IMG/VR virus record: IMGVR_UViG_3300029811_000184
Coordinates: 1-29,987 of that record
Length of the DNA: 29,987 bases
Direction: 5' to 3' (one strand)
Origin: a virus
Lineage: Duplodnaviria; Caudoviricetes
Part shown: positions 9,963-18,809 of the stretch, piece by piece
How positions within the stretch are numbered: position 1 is the stretch's first letter
How the letters are laid out: each line of letters begins with the position of its first letter
Made by a program: the position numbers and the translations under genes
Notes under the pieces: model-generated
The model's input: the letters and a program-made list of their open reading frames with translations, nothing else
Told to the model about the DNA's origin: nothing
The model's database searches: none

Positions 9963-10616
9963 TTATCCTAACGCCGTACAAGTAGTTGCCACAGGTAAAA
10001 GTTTCTTCCACTTTTGTATTATATATTTGCGGGAAGCATAAAAGTTCTCAGGCAAAGGTTTTCCACGCTGTCGAGAAGAATTATGCTGCAAATAAGCATA
10101 TATTACATAATTCTTTTTGTTCTGTTCTTTAGCTTGCAAACAAAGATCGGCTGCATAAAAATCACAGGAAGGAATCTTCTCATCAAACACAAAAGAACCA
10201 TCATTCTTTATCACAAACAACAATTCATCTACTGTTTGGGATTGTTTAGGAAGCTCTTCAGGTTTTGTTTTATTCCACTCAACTCCACGGTCTTGAATAT
10301 GCCCTATATACTGTGTCTTACCTTTTACTAATGAAGCCCCTGCTACTCCCAGCACACCCCAACTAATCCCTTTTAATTTCTCTAAAGCCTTCTTTAAAAA
10401 CTTCAACCAATTATCTGGTAGATAAACATCCTGATGTACAAAAACCAATATCTCAGCCGTACTTTTCTTCATCGCCTCGTTATAAGCATGGGACACATTT
10501 AAGCAACCCTCTTGTAATATATGATGACTTTGTAACCAACCTAAAGATCTTTCAAGATTCTCAGAAAAAACTTTTGGGTCATTCATCGCACATATAAAAC
10601 AGACGCCCTCATTCAT
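9963..10616 (-). CDS. GT2-like glycosyltransferase (Glyco_tranf_2_5 type)
   Basis: Motifs AYNEAM, LVFVHQDVYL, GVLGVAG, VDELL, FDE and DFYAADLCLQA. Confidence 0.85.
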   Translation of the reverse strand: MNEGVCFICAMNDPKVFSENLERSLGWLQSHHILQEGCLNVSHAYNEAMKKSTAEILVFVHQDVYLPDNWLKFLKKALEKLKGISWGVLGVAGASLVKGKTQYIGHIQDRGVEWNKTKPEELPKQSQTVDELLFVIKNDGSFVFDEKIPSCDFYAADLCLQAKEQNKKNYVIYAYLQHNSSRQRGKPLPENFYASRKYIIQKWKKLLPVATTCTALG

Positions 10617-11473
10617 AATACTTTATCCTTTTGCTTATCACCTCGATAATTTCCTGGGTCCCAAGTTTTCTTTGCTTCCTCTATTTCTTCAATTGTAAAA
10701 CGCCTATCGAAAACGTCTACAAACTCCTCTGTAAGTTTTAAAAGTCTATGTTCTTTGAACAAACTCAAAAGCCCCAAAGAAACCCTCTCTTTTTTATCTT
10801 TCAACAACTGACGCTCCATTGGTACAGGCATCCCACAATGCAAACAATATCGGTCTACTTGGTCTTGGAACTCTTCAGGAGTCCTGGCCCACCACTCTGA
10901 CTCAATAAGATATCCTCCTGGCCCATCTAATAGCATATCGAGAGCTCCAGCCACTTCACAAAAGAAAGCCCCTTTAGAAGTTACTGTTGGGCACCATGTT
11001 TTCTGCACCCAACAATCATCAATAAGTTTGTCTCTATATTCTCCAGGTTCTACCACATCACCTATCGCAACAGTAATGGGTTGATGCCTGCAAACTTTCT
11101 GTTGGGACTTCGTATGTGGATTGTATGCCACCCCCGCAAAAGTCTCTCCTATCAGCTTTTTATACTTCTCAAACAAAGCTCCTCCAGAACTCCAGAGCCA
11201 TAGCCCTCGCCTTCTCTCCTTCGAAAGTAGCTTTTGTAATAAAAGACATATCTCTTCAAATTTAGGATGATAAACAGGCTCCCCTCCAATCACGCCAATC
11301 TTACCTGGAAAATCCTTCAAAGAAAGAACAACTTCTTCAAAAAAGCCCAGATCCATGTTAAATCTTTGGTCAGATCGAATATGCCTGTCATAACGTGAGC
11401 AATAAACACAACCTCTCCCACAAAAATTAGTTATATCAATTTGACATAACCACGCCTCAGATATTGGTTTCAT
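10613..11473 (-). CDS. Radical SAM enzyme
   Basis: CGRGCVYC (CX3CX2C) and IGGEP motifs; extra C-terminal cysteines (DCW...WCP...FCE...CLHC) suggest an auxiliary Fe-S cluster. Confidence 0.9.
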   Translation of the reverse strand: MKPISEAWLCQIDITNFCGRGCVYCSRYDRHIRSDQRFNMDLGFFEEVVLSLKDFPGKIGVIGGEPVYHPKFEEICLLLQKLLSKERRRGLWLWSSGGALFEKYKKLIGETFAGVAYNPHTKSQQKVCRHQPITVAIGDVVEPGEYRDKLIDDCWVQKTWCPTVTSKGAFFCEVAGALDMLLDGPGGYLIESEWWARTPEEFQDQVDRYCLHCGMPVPMERQLLKDKKERVSLGLLSLFKEHRLLKLTEEFVDVFDRRFTIEEIEEAKKTWDPGNYRGDKQKDKVL

Positions 11474-12210
11474 AATATTTCCTTTAAAATATTTCGCATA
11501 TCAAAATCTCGTTTGTATATTTTATTCGCCATAACAGCTTTTTCTTCCCGCTCCTCAGCATTTTTCAAAAAATAATCTACCAACAAATCGTATTGATCAA
11601 CAGTTTTAAATTGAGGCACATCAATTGGACAATAAAAATGCTCACTTATAAAAAAACAACTATTCGCCAAAAAATGAGAAATTCTATCCCATTCTGTAAA
11701 TTGAGTCATTCCATAAGCATGTAAGTTTAAATTAATTTTGGTGCGACTCAAAACTTGTCCCCGCACTTTATGAGCAAATCCTCTAACTTGTTTTGGGGAA
11801 TGTTTAACTTTAGAAAACCACTTATGTCTCTTTTCTGTGATACACCCCATAAACGAAACGTCAATATCTTGAAAGTTTCTATCAAATTCTAAACAAGGAT
11901 GATATCCTAATGGAACATATCTCTCATTCTTATTTTCAATATCAAACCCCCAAACTTCATTCGGTCTAAAAGCATAATAACTTTCTACAGAAGCAGATTT
12001 ATAAGAATGCTGTTCAATTTGGTAAAGAATATACTTCACTCCTCTTCTTTTCTCCATAGTTAAAGGGAAATGTTGAACTGCTATAATAACGTCCGCCTCT
12101 TGCTGTGATGTAAGAATAAAACCAATGTCTTTAATAGAATTCTTTAGAATTCGTGTTATGTTACCAAGCCAGTCAATTTCTTTAAAAGGAACACAAAGGT
12201 GAATATTCAT
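11470..12210 (-). CDS. GT-B glycosyltransferase (Glyco_trans_1_2/CgeB-like)
   Basis: Motifs YVPLGYHP, DIDVSFMG, KINLNLH and EWDRISHFLANSCFFISE. Confidence 0.75.
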   Translation of the reverse strand: MNIHLCVPFKEIDWLGNITRILKNSIKDIGFILTSQQEADVIIAVQHFPLTMEKRRGVKYILYQIEQHSYKSASVESYYAFRPNEVWGFDIENKNERYVPLGYHPCLEFDRNFQDIDVSFMGCITEKRHKWFSKVKHSPKQVRGFAHKVRGQVLSRTKINLNLHAYGMTQFTEWDRISHFLANSCFFISEHFYCPIDVPQFKTVDQYDLLVDYFLKNAEEREEKAVMANKIYKRDFDMRNILKEIL

Positions 12211-13133
12211 TCCAAAGTCTCTGCTATCTTTAAGGCAATTTTATCCCATGAAAATCTTGCTGCCGCTTGCATAGATAATTCAGGATTAAGTTGTTCCAAA
12301 ACACTACCCCAAGAAATTTCTCCTACAAACTCGTAAGTATTTAACGTCTCTAACAAAGAATTTTTTATATATCCCTTAGGAGTTACAATTAAAGCCCCTG
12401 CTTTTGCACTCTCAATAACTGATAACCCCAATGATTCAGCATGGGTGACTATGAAAATATCTGCCTTTCTATATTCTTCACAAGCATCTACATATAAAAG
12501 TCCTGCTCGACTATAAATATCTATTTTCGGTTCAGCCCCTAAAGTAACCGTCTCCACTCCTCCTGAAATAAATCGTCTTATAACAACTTCTTTACCACAA
12601 AACTTAACAAATTGCAATACATCCTTTATAATTTTAACTGATAAATCTCTATCACTATGCCCATAATAAGAATGATCTATTAAAATCCTTAATACATTTT
12701 TATCTTTATCTGGATAACATAAAACAGGATCTGCTGCCCAACCAACATAAATAGATTTCTTTTTCTGTAAAGCGGGCACAGCATAAAACAAAAAATCTTC
12801 TTCCCCTATAACATCATTATTATCACAGATTGTTGTTACTTTACCAGAAATGCTTTTCTTAACTTTAGCAAATAAAGTAGGGCAATTCTTCCTTAAAAAC
12901 CATCCTCTTTGCTCTACCGAAAGAATATGATCTCCTCTTGGGATAGAATAAGTTCCTTGATAAGACAAATCGGTCTCAAATATAGTCTGGCATCTGCATG
13001 GTTCGGTTTCAATTCCTAACTTCTCAAATTCTTTTCTTAAATAATAAGAATATAAAGAGGGGGTTCCTACTATATCGTTAAGAGATAACTGGGCTGTTGG
13101 CTTTTGAATTCCTGAAAAAATTATTATCTTCAT
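12207..13133 (-). CDS. GT4-like glycosyltransferase
   Basis: C-terminal ADIFIVTHAESLGLSVIESAKAGALIVT (EX7E) and FSWDKIA. Confidence 0.75.
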   Translation of the reverse strand: MKIIIFSGIQKPTAQLSLNDIVGTPSLYSYYLRKEFEKLGIETEPCRCQTIFETDLSYQGTYSIPRGDHILSVEQRGWFLRKNCPTLFAKVKKSISGKVTTICDNNDVIGEEDFLFYAVPALQKKKSIYVGWAADPVLCYPDKDKNVLRILIDHSYYGHSDRDLSVKIIKDVLQFVKFCGKEVVIRRFISGGVETVTLGAEPKIDIYSRAGLLYVDACEEYRKADIFIVTHAESLGLSVIESAKAGALIVTPKGYIKNSLLETLNTYEFVGEISWGSVLEQLNPELSMQAAARFSWDKIALKIAETLE

Positions 13134-13729
13134 ACCAGTCCCTCCAACAACACTAGACCATTCCCAACTACTTTATAGGTTATGCCATTTTTTTCAAAAA
13201 GAAAAAGGGCCTCCTGATAAGCAATCTTCCCATCATACAGAGTTGGAAAAAAAAGAATTTTTGAAACATTTAAAATCTTCTTAAAAAAGGATAAATCGTT
13301 TTTCAAATTATTAAAACTACCTACAATATTAACAATAAGTACGAGATCATAGAATTGACGGTAGCATTCTGGAAACGTTTGTTTTAAAATAGAAGCTCCA
13401 CTCTCAAGCATTTTACCTAATGCAATACAGGCATCGTATCTACGACAATCGTGCTCACAAATACTAATATTACAATACCCCAAAAGATACAAAAAATGCC
13501 CAAGTTGGCCAATTCCCCCTCCCACTTCTAAAATATTAACTTCATTTGACTCCTTTTTTCTAATATAATCTACCACCATTTCATCCTCTTTAGAAAGAAT
13601 TTCTTTTGTTGCTAAACGCTGTATATAATAATTATACAAACCTCCAGGCAATTCCCCCATTTCGGAAAGTCTTTTTTCTAAAAAGGAACAAAGCATTACA
13701 TTTATTTCTTGCAAGCTATAAGTTTCCAT
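13130..13729 (-). CDS. Class I SAM-dependent methyltransferase
   Basis: Motif I ILEVGGGIGQLG, followed by ISICEHD. Confidence 0.75.
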   Translation of the reverse strand: METYSLQEINVMLCSFLEKRLSEMGELPGGLYNYYIQRLATKEILSKEDEMVVDYIRKKESNEVNILEVGGGIGQLGHFLYLLGYCNISICEHDCRRYDACIALGKMLESGASILKQTFPECYRQFYDLVLIVNIVGSFNNLKNDLSFFKKILNVSKILFFPTLYDGKIAYQEALFLFEKNGITYKVVGNGLVLLEGLV

Positions 13730-14478
13730 CGTCCCGCCGATAATTGAATATCCATAAATTTAAGATTCAACTTGTTAAACAACTCTTCAAGAGTGTCTTT
13801 TGTAACGTAAACTGATTCCTCTGGTCTCACAGGGAGATTTGCTTCTAATGCCTGAGCTGTCATATACAATATTCCACCAGATTTCAAAATTCGAGAAACT
13901 TGGGCCAATGCATAGTACTGAGATTGTACATGCTCAAAAGCTTCACTAAAAACAACACAATCAACAGACTCATTATCAATATCAAAACGCTCACATACAT
14001 TTCCCCTAATGCCCTCAAATCCTAATTCATTAATATACTCTACAGCCACCTTATTAATCTCAACACCCACCATTCTATTCCATTTATGACCTTGCTCTTT
14101 CATAGTAGACAATATCTGACCGCCTCCACAAGCTATATCAACTATCACCCCAAAGTTTTTGACATAAGAGGCAATCAAATTTGATTTAGCTGTGTAAGAA
14201 GACCACTCTCTCTTGCTTATAGCTTTATCTCTATGATAAGTACTCCCTCTATCCTCCCAGTATTTAGAAGAAAAAGGATTTAAAAATATAGACGAACAAC
14301 AATCACACTTACTAAAATGGTAAACAGTGTCTGAATTCAAAAAAGGAAGTTTGTTTAACTTTGCCCCATTAACAATAATGCTATCCTTCATCTTAGTCAA
14401 CGGAATCTTCCAAACATTTTCAAAACTTATTCCAAGACAAACAGGACAGTAAGTTCTTTTAGTATCTCCATGTATCAT
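13702..14478 (-). CDS. Class I SAM-dependent methyltransferase with N-terminal Zn ribbon
   Basis: CPVC...CDCC, then VDIACGGG, GVEIN, FSEAFEHV and LKSGGILY. Confidence 0.85.
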   Translation of the reverse strand: MIHGDTKRTYCPVCLGISFENVWKIPLTKMKDSIIVNGAKLNKLPFLNSDTVYHFSKCDCCSSIFLNPFSSKYWEDRGSTYHRDKAISKREWSSYTAKSNLIASYVKNFGVIVDIACGGGQILSTMKEQGHKWNRMVGVEINKVAVEYINELGFEGIRGNVCERFDIDNESVDCVVFSEAFEHVQSQYYALAQVSRILKSGGILYMTAQALEANLPVRPEESVYVTKDTLEELFNKLNLKFMDIQLSAGRWKLIACKK

Positions 14479-15623
14479 AATAAGCCCTTTAAAAAATCTC
14501 CAGCAGAGTTTCCTTTATCTATTTGAACACAAAAATTAAATAACTCTCTGGCGGTAAGATAATGTAAACCAATGTGGCGTTCATTCATAGCCGACTCCAA
14601 CATAGACATTCTTTCTATATGATTAGTTTGAAATAAGGGGGATTGATTCTTTACTTCCCCATCAAAATCCCAAAATGCATTTGACATAGAATGAGCATGA
14701 GTCTTTATTACTAAAGTTCTGTCAATTATCATAGAAGATAAAAGCCATTCCTGAATTATTTCCAATGAATTCTCTGGGCACAAAGTTGCTACGGTATGTC
14801 CATCCTCTCTAAATGAGTGAGGGGCAAGTATTGACCCATAATAATAAGCTCTTTTGCCTCGATTCAACAACAAACCATCAATAGAAACAAAAAAATAACT
14901 CTTAGTAGGATAAAAAATTATAAAATCAGGATAATTTTGTAATAAATTTTGAGCTTTTCTTAATTTGAAACCAACATCATAAATTTTAGGGCCTGACTTT
15001 AAAGGAACAGAAAAAATCCCTGACATTTGAGGATTGCAATGAGGCCTACCTGCAGGAAAGGTAAAATCGCCAAAACAACCATGTTTTCTGAGAATTATTA
15101 TTTCATTTTCTATATTGCATACAGTTCTATCCGAAGCATTCAGGCCCCACATTCCATGAACAAACCCCCAAGAAGACATGTCAATTCCAGCATTCTCAAA
15201 TAATTTTTTGACATCTATTATATGAGCCTCTAACATTTGATCATCAGTTACTTTTTTCTCCCGTAGTAAAGTAATCCAGGGTTCCACAGTTACCGAACTG
15301 GTAGTCCACCGTTCATGGTGAATATGAAGATTAATATCAGCCCCATTTTCTTCCATAGCCTTCAAATAACTTACTATCATTGAAGTAGAACTAGATGGCT
15401 TTGTAGTTATTTTCCCGTCTATGTATTTCATTAAAAGAGATGGGAACACAAATAAACTTGGTTTTATTTTTAGTTTTTTAAGATCTTCGGTCCAAATCTT
15501 CAATCTTTCATTACAAACTTCCAAATCATGGGCCCCCGGCTCGAAATGGTCGGCATGTGTATAAATAACATTATCAACATCTTTCAAAATATGATCAACG
15601 CATTTATGAAATTTTACTAACAT
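14475..15623 (-). CDS. Putative metal-dependent carbohydrate deacetylase/hydrolase-like protein
   Basis: His/Asp-rich motifs HADHFEP, INLHIHH, GFVHGMW, GDFTFPA and IKTHAH, resembling a NodB/CE4-like barrel. Confidence 0.5.
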   Translation of the reverse strand: MLVKFHKCVDHILKDVDNVIYTHADHFEPGAHDLEVCNERLKIWTEDLKKLKIKPSLFVFPSLLMKYIDGKITTKPSSSTSMIVSYLKAMEENGADINLHIHHERWTTSSVTVEPWITLLREKKVTDDQMLEAHIIDVKKLFENAGIDMSSWGFVHGMWGLNASDRTVCNIENEIIILRKHGCFGDFTFPAGRPHCNPQMSGIFSVPLKSGPKIYDVGFKLRKAQNLLQNYPDFIIFYPTKSYFFVSIDGLLLNRGKRAYYYGSILAPHSFREDGHTVATLCPENSLEIIQEWLLSSMIIDRTLVIKTHAHSMSNAFWDFDGEVKNQSPLFQTNHIERMSMLESAMNERHIGLHYLTARELFNFCVQIDKGNSAGDFLKGLL

Positions 15624-15627
15624 CTCT

Positions 15628-18423
15628 TTATCCTATCAAATCTTTAAACAAACACAGATAATTCTTGGCTTGTTTCTTCCATTCCCAGAGTTCGGCCTGC
15701 TTCCTTGCATTCAAACCCATTCTTTTTATTTCGCTTGGATTATCTTTAAAATATTGAATAGCTTTGACATACTCATCAATATTTCTATCAATAAGAAACC
15801 CATTTTCCCCATGCTCAACAAATTCAGGAGCATTCCCAACTCTATTCGCAATTATTGGCCTCCCACAAGCAGCCGCCTCAAGCATTGGATTAGGAGTACC
15901 CTCTGCCACACTTGCTACAACATAAACATCAATCTCTTTATAAAAAGAAAACAATTCCGCCTGTGGTATTTTATTTTTATAATCATAAAAATTAGTTTTA
16001 ACTTTTGCTCCTTTCACTTTCTGAACAGCTGGGTCAATAAAATCATAGAATCCTTTATAGATCGCCGTGTTGTGCTTACCTACAAATCCAACTACCAACT
16101 CATCTTTCTTCACTAAATCGCAATACTTAAATAAATTTGTATCGACCCCATTAGGAACATAAAAAATTTTATCATGATATGGTTTAATTAAATTTACCAG
16201 TGTTTTACTATTCGCATGTAGAGCAAAAACTCTTGATTTATAAAAATCGGAATCCACGTTCTTAATGTATCTATCAAAATCTAAATGAGAAGTAATACCA
16301 GTAATCCTTTTATTTTTGCTTATACCATTAAGTTTTTCATCATCCGAAGGGCAAAAAGTAAAATAAATGTCATAAGAAGGATCAATAATTGCCCCAACTG
16401 AACAATCAATTATAAACTCATCACTAAGATATTTCTTCAACATCATTGCTTTATTCCACCATGCCCAGCCAAATACATCTGCAATGAACAAAATCCTATT
16501 TTTCTTTTTGTTGAGAACATCTACCCAAATCTTCTTGAAAAGCCCATGATTTCTCTTCCATATCTTTTGAGAATCAAAATTAGTCTGTTTATTAATTGTT
16601 TGATGTTGTAAATGTTTTATTTTTGCATTTTTACAATAAACTATGGAAAACCCTTTCCTTTTTGCCTTAAAACAAAAGTCAGGATCTTCAAACCATGCAG
16701 GAGAGTAGGTTTCATTGAAATATTTGACCTCTTCAGCAATTTTCCTTTTTACCAACATCCCTCCTGCCCCTACATAAGCCAATTCTCCTTTGTTTTCCTT
16801 AATATCAAATGCTAAAGCATCTTTATCCATCGACCAACCTTCAACTCCAACAATATCCCCTTCGGTATTCAATAATCTATGAATGGAGACAGCCGAAATA
16901 TATTGATCATTATCTAATGTAAAAAGATAGCCTCCTCTTGCCTTCTTCATTGCTTGATTTCTTGCTATTATACATCCTTCATTCTTTTTATTTCTTATTC
17001 TCACAACCGACTGCTGGTTTTTCAATAAAGCATTTAGAAAATTTCTATTTTGTGATCCATTATCAACAAGAACGAGTTCATTATTATATTTTCTATATTT
17101 CAGAATCCTACTTACACATTCCTTTGTAATTTCTTCATTATCTTTATAAACAACACAATAAGATATGTTTGGTCTGCTTAATATTTTATCTACTTTACTC
17201 AAGACATAATCTGGTTTTATCCCCAATGAACATAAAGGATTTTTCTTTCTTTCGATCTCCCCCTGACTACATGGAATAGCATACCAACATGGAATTCCTT
17301 TTGAAGAACAATTCTTAGGAGTTTTCTGACATATCTCAACTCCATCATAATTCTTTGTTCTTATTTTTCCATCAATATGAGTAAAAATCCAAACAGTAGG
17401 AACTCGTAAAGCGGAAGCAATATGGGCAAGACCTGTATCCGGGGATATAACCACATCACATTCGTTTATGAGGGAAGATACTTTTCTTAAGTCTTTCCCA
17501 TACACTTCATATGATTGTTTAATTGATTTCCAACCAGCGGGTTTCTTGATACTAAATTCAAGGAAAGTCGCTTGTGGATATTTCTTTGATAGTTTTGTTC
17601 TTAGTTCTTTAAAATAAGGCCAATTCCGAACAGAAGCTTTTGACTTCAGAACCAATCCTATCTTAAGTTTAAAATCTTTTAACTCTTCCTTTGCCCCCAG
17701 AATTTCCTCTTCAGAAAGATAAATTTTGGGTCTTGGAACAGTCTCAATTGGGAGCCCACATTTCTGGGCGAATATTTCTGCCCGATTTAGTTTGACATCA
17801 GGCTGATTTTTCATCTCGTGTTTAATACAATCTGAAGTGAGATCAATAACAACATCCCAGTCTTTCTTTGTGACATCTGAATTTATAGATTCTAAACCAG
17901 TTATAAAAGGATTGTTTTCCAACAACGGTAAGAATTGATCTGGGCAGGCATACGTTATCTTATAATGGGAATATTCCTTAACCGCTTCTTCAATAACAGA
18001 AGTTGTCATAATAATATCCCCTATGCCCCCCAAATCCCTATGAGCAAGGATGTTGACAATTTTTCCTGTCTCTTGATAAGTGGCTAAGTTTTCGGTAGAG
18101 TATCCAAGTATCTTGAATATCCATTCTCCAATTTCTGGTTTGTATGCCTGCTGTCTCACATAAGCCATACCATTTAGTTTATCTGCTATCACCTTACTTG
18201 TGGTAAATACTAAATCCTTCTTGAACGTTATCTTATCTGCCATTAATAGAAAAGGATTCAAATCAAAAAAACAAAGCGTATCAAACACATCAGAATACGA
18301 CTGTAATGCTTTGAACAATCGAATATCATTTACAGAAGTCCATTCATCAGAAGGAAATTTGTAAACTTTATGCCCAAAAGTGTATTGTTTAATTCCCGAT
18401 TTTCCTCTATAACGACATAACAT
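15628..18423 (-). CDS. Triple glycosyltransferase fusion GT9-GT2-GT4 (931 aa)
   Basis: GT9: RDLGGIGDIIMT...SPDTGLAHIASALRVPTV. GT2: ISYCVVYKD, VLVDNGS, LDNDQY, WFEDPDF. GT4: VPNGVD, SVAEGTPNPMLEAAACGRP. I moved the start from 18534 to ATG 18423, which has a TAATG overlap with the upstream stop and an AGGAAG RBS. Confidence 0.9.
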   Translation of the reverse strand: MLCRYRGKSGIKQYTFGHKVYKFPSDEWTSVNDIRLFKALQSYSDVFDTLCFFDLNPFLLMADKITFKKDLVFTTSKVIADKLNGMAYVRQQAYKPEIGEWIFKILGYSTENLATYQETGKIVNILAHRDLGGIGDIIMTTSVIEEAVKEYSHYKITYACPDQFLPLLENNPFITGLESINSDVTKKDWDVVIDLTSDCIKHEMKNQPDVKLNRAEIFAQKCGLPIETVPRPKIYLSEEEILGAKEELKDFKLKIGLVLKSKASVRNWPYFKELRTKLSKKYPQATFLEFSIKKPAGWKSIKQSYEVYGKDLRKVSSLINECDVVISPDTGLAHIASALRVPTVWIFTHIDGKIRTKNYDGVEICQKTPKNCSSKGIPCWYAIPCSQGEIERKKNPLCSLGIKPDYVLSKVDKILSRPNISYCVVYKDNEEITKECVSRILKYRKYNNELVLVDNGSQNRNFLNALLKNQQSVVRIRNKKNEGCIIARNQAMKKARGGYLFTLDNDQYISAVSIHRLLNTEGDIVGVEGWSMDKDALAFDIKENKGELAYVGAGGMLVKRKIAEEVKYFNETYSPAWFEDPDFCFKAKRKGFSIVYCKNAKIKHLQHQTINKQTNFDSQKIWKRNHGLFKKIWVDVLNKKKNRILFIADVFGWAWWNKAMMLKKYLSDEFIIDCSVGAIIDPSYDIYFTFCPSDDEKLNGISKNKRITGITSHLDFDRYIKNVDSDFYKSRVFALHANSKTLVNLIKPYHDKIFYVPNGVDTNLFKYCDLVKKDELVVGFVGKHNTAIYKGFYDFIDPAVQKVKGAKVKTNFYDYKNKIPQAELFSFYKEIDVYVVASVAEGTPNPMLEAAACGRPIIANRVGNAPEFVEHGENGFLIDRNIDEYVKAIQYFKDNPSEIKRMGLNARKQAELWEWKKQAKNYLCLFKDLIG

Positions 18424-18785
18424 TATCTTCTTCCTAACTTTCTTCCAGGAGTTTTTTCCTTTACGAACCCTTTCTCTTCCAGTATATCTGTCATAAGTTC
18501 TTCTATTTCCTCCAAAGCTAATTGCTCTTCGCAATTATCAATAAGATTTAGAAGTTCTTCTCTGAAAATATCGCTAACAGATACTTCCTCACTTTCAACC
18601 TTAAACAAATCCTTATAATCTCCAGCAAGAAACTCTGCCACACTTTCAGGAATCTCCACCCCGATCTTCAACTTCATACCTTCTTGATATTTGAGATTCC
18701 TGAAAGGTGAATTAGCATGAACCACTTTTACTACTAAAGAACCTTCTTTCTTGTTTCCTTTATAAACAAGGTAGTTAACTTTCAT
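18423..18785 (-). CDS. Hypothetical protein immediately after the major capsid protein (possibly capsid-associated)
   Basis: 120 aa with an AAAGGGA RBS; acidic C-terminal helix and basic tail; position typical of head accessory genes. Confidence 0.6.
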   Translation of the reverse strand: MKVNYLVYKGNKKEGSLVVKVVHANSPFRNLKYQEGMKLKIGVEIPESVAEFLAGDYKDLFKVESEEVSVSDIFREELLNLIDNCEEQLALEEIEELMTDILEEKGFVKEKTPGRKLGRR

Positions 18786-18809
18786 AAGTCTTTTCCCTTT
18801 CGTTATTTT

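Noticed and set aside
2618-18423. Interpretation as a host chromosomal LPS/O-antigen/capsule locus
   Set aside because: It is flanked on both sides by phage structural-type genes, coupled to them on the same strand, and lacks membrane, export and sugar-synthesis genes; not fully excluded without more context
18424-18534. 37-aa N-terminal extension of the triple GT as given in the ORF track
   Set aside because: It overlaps the upstream gene by over 100 nt; ATG 18423 has an RBS and TAATG coupling
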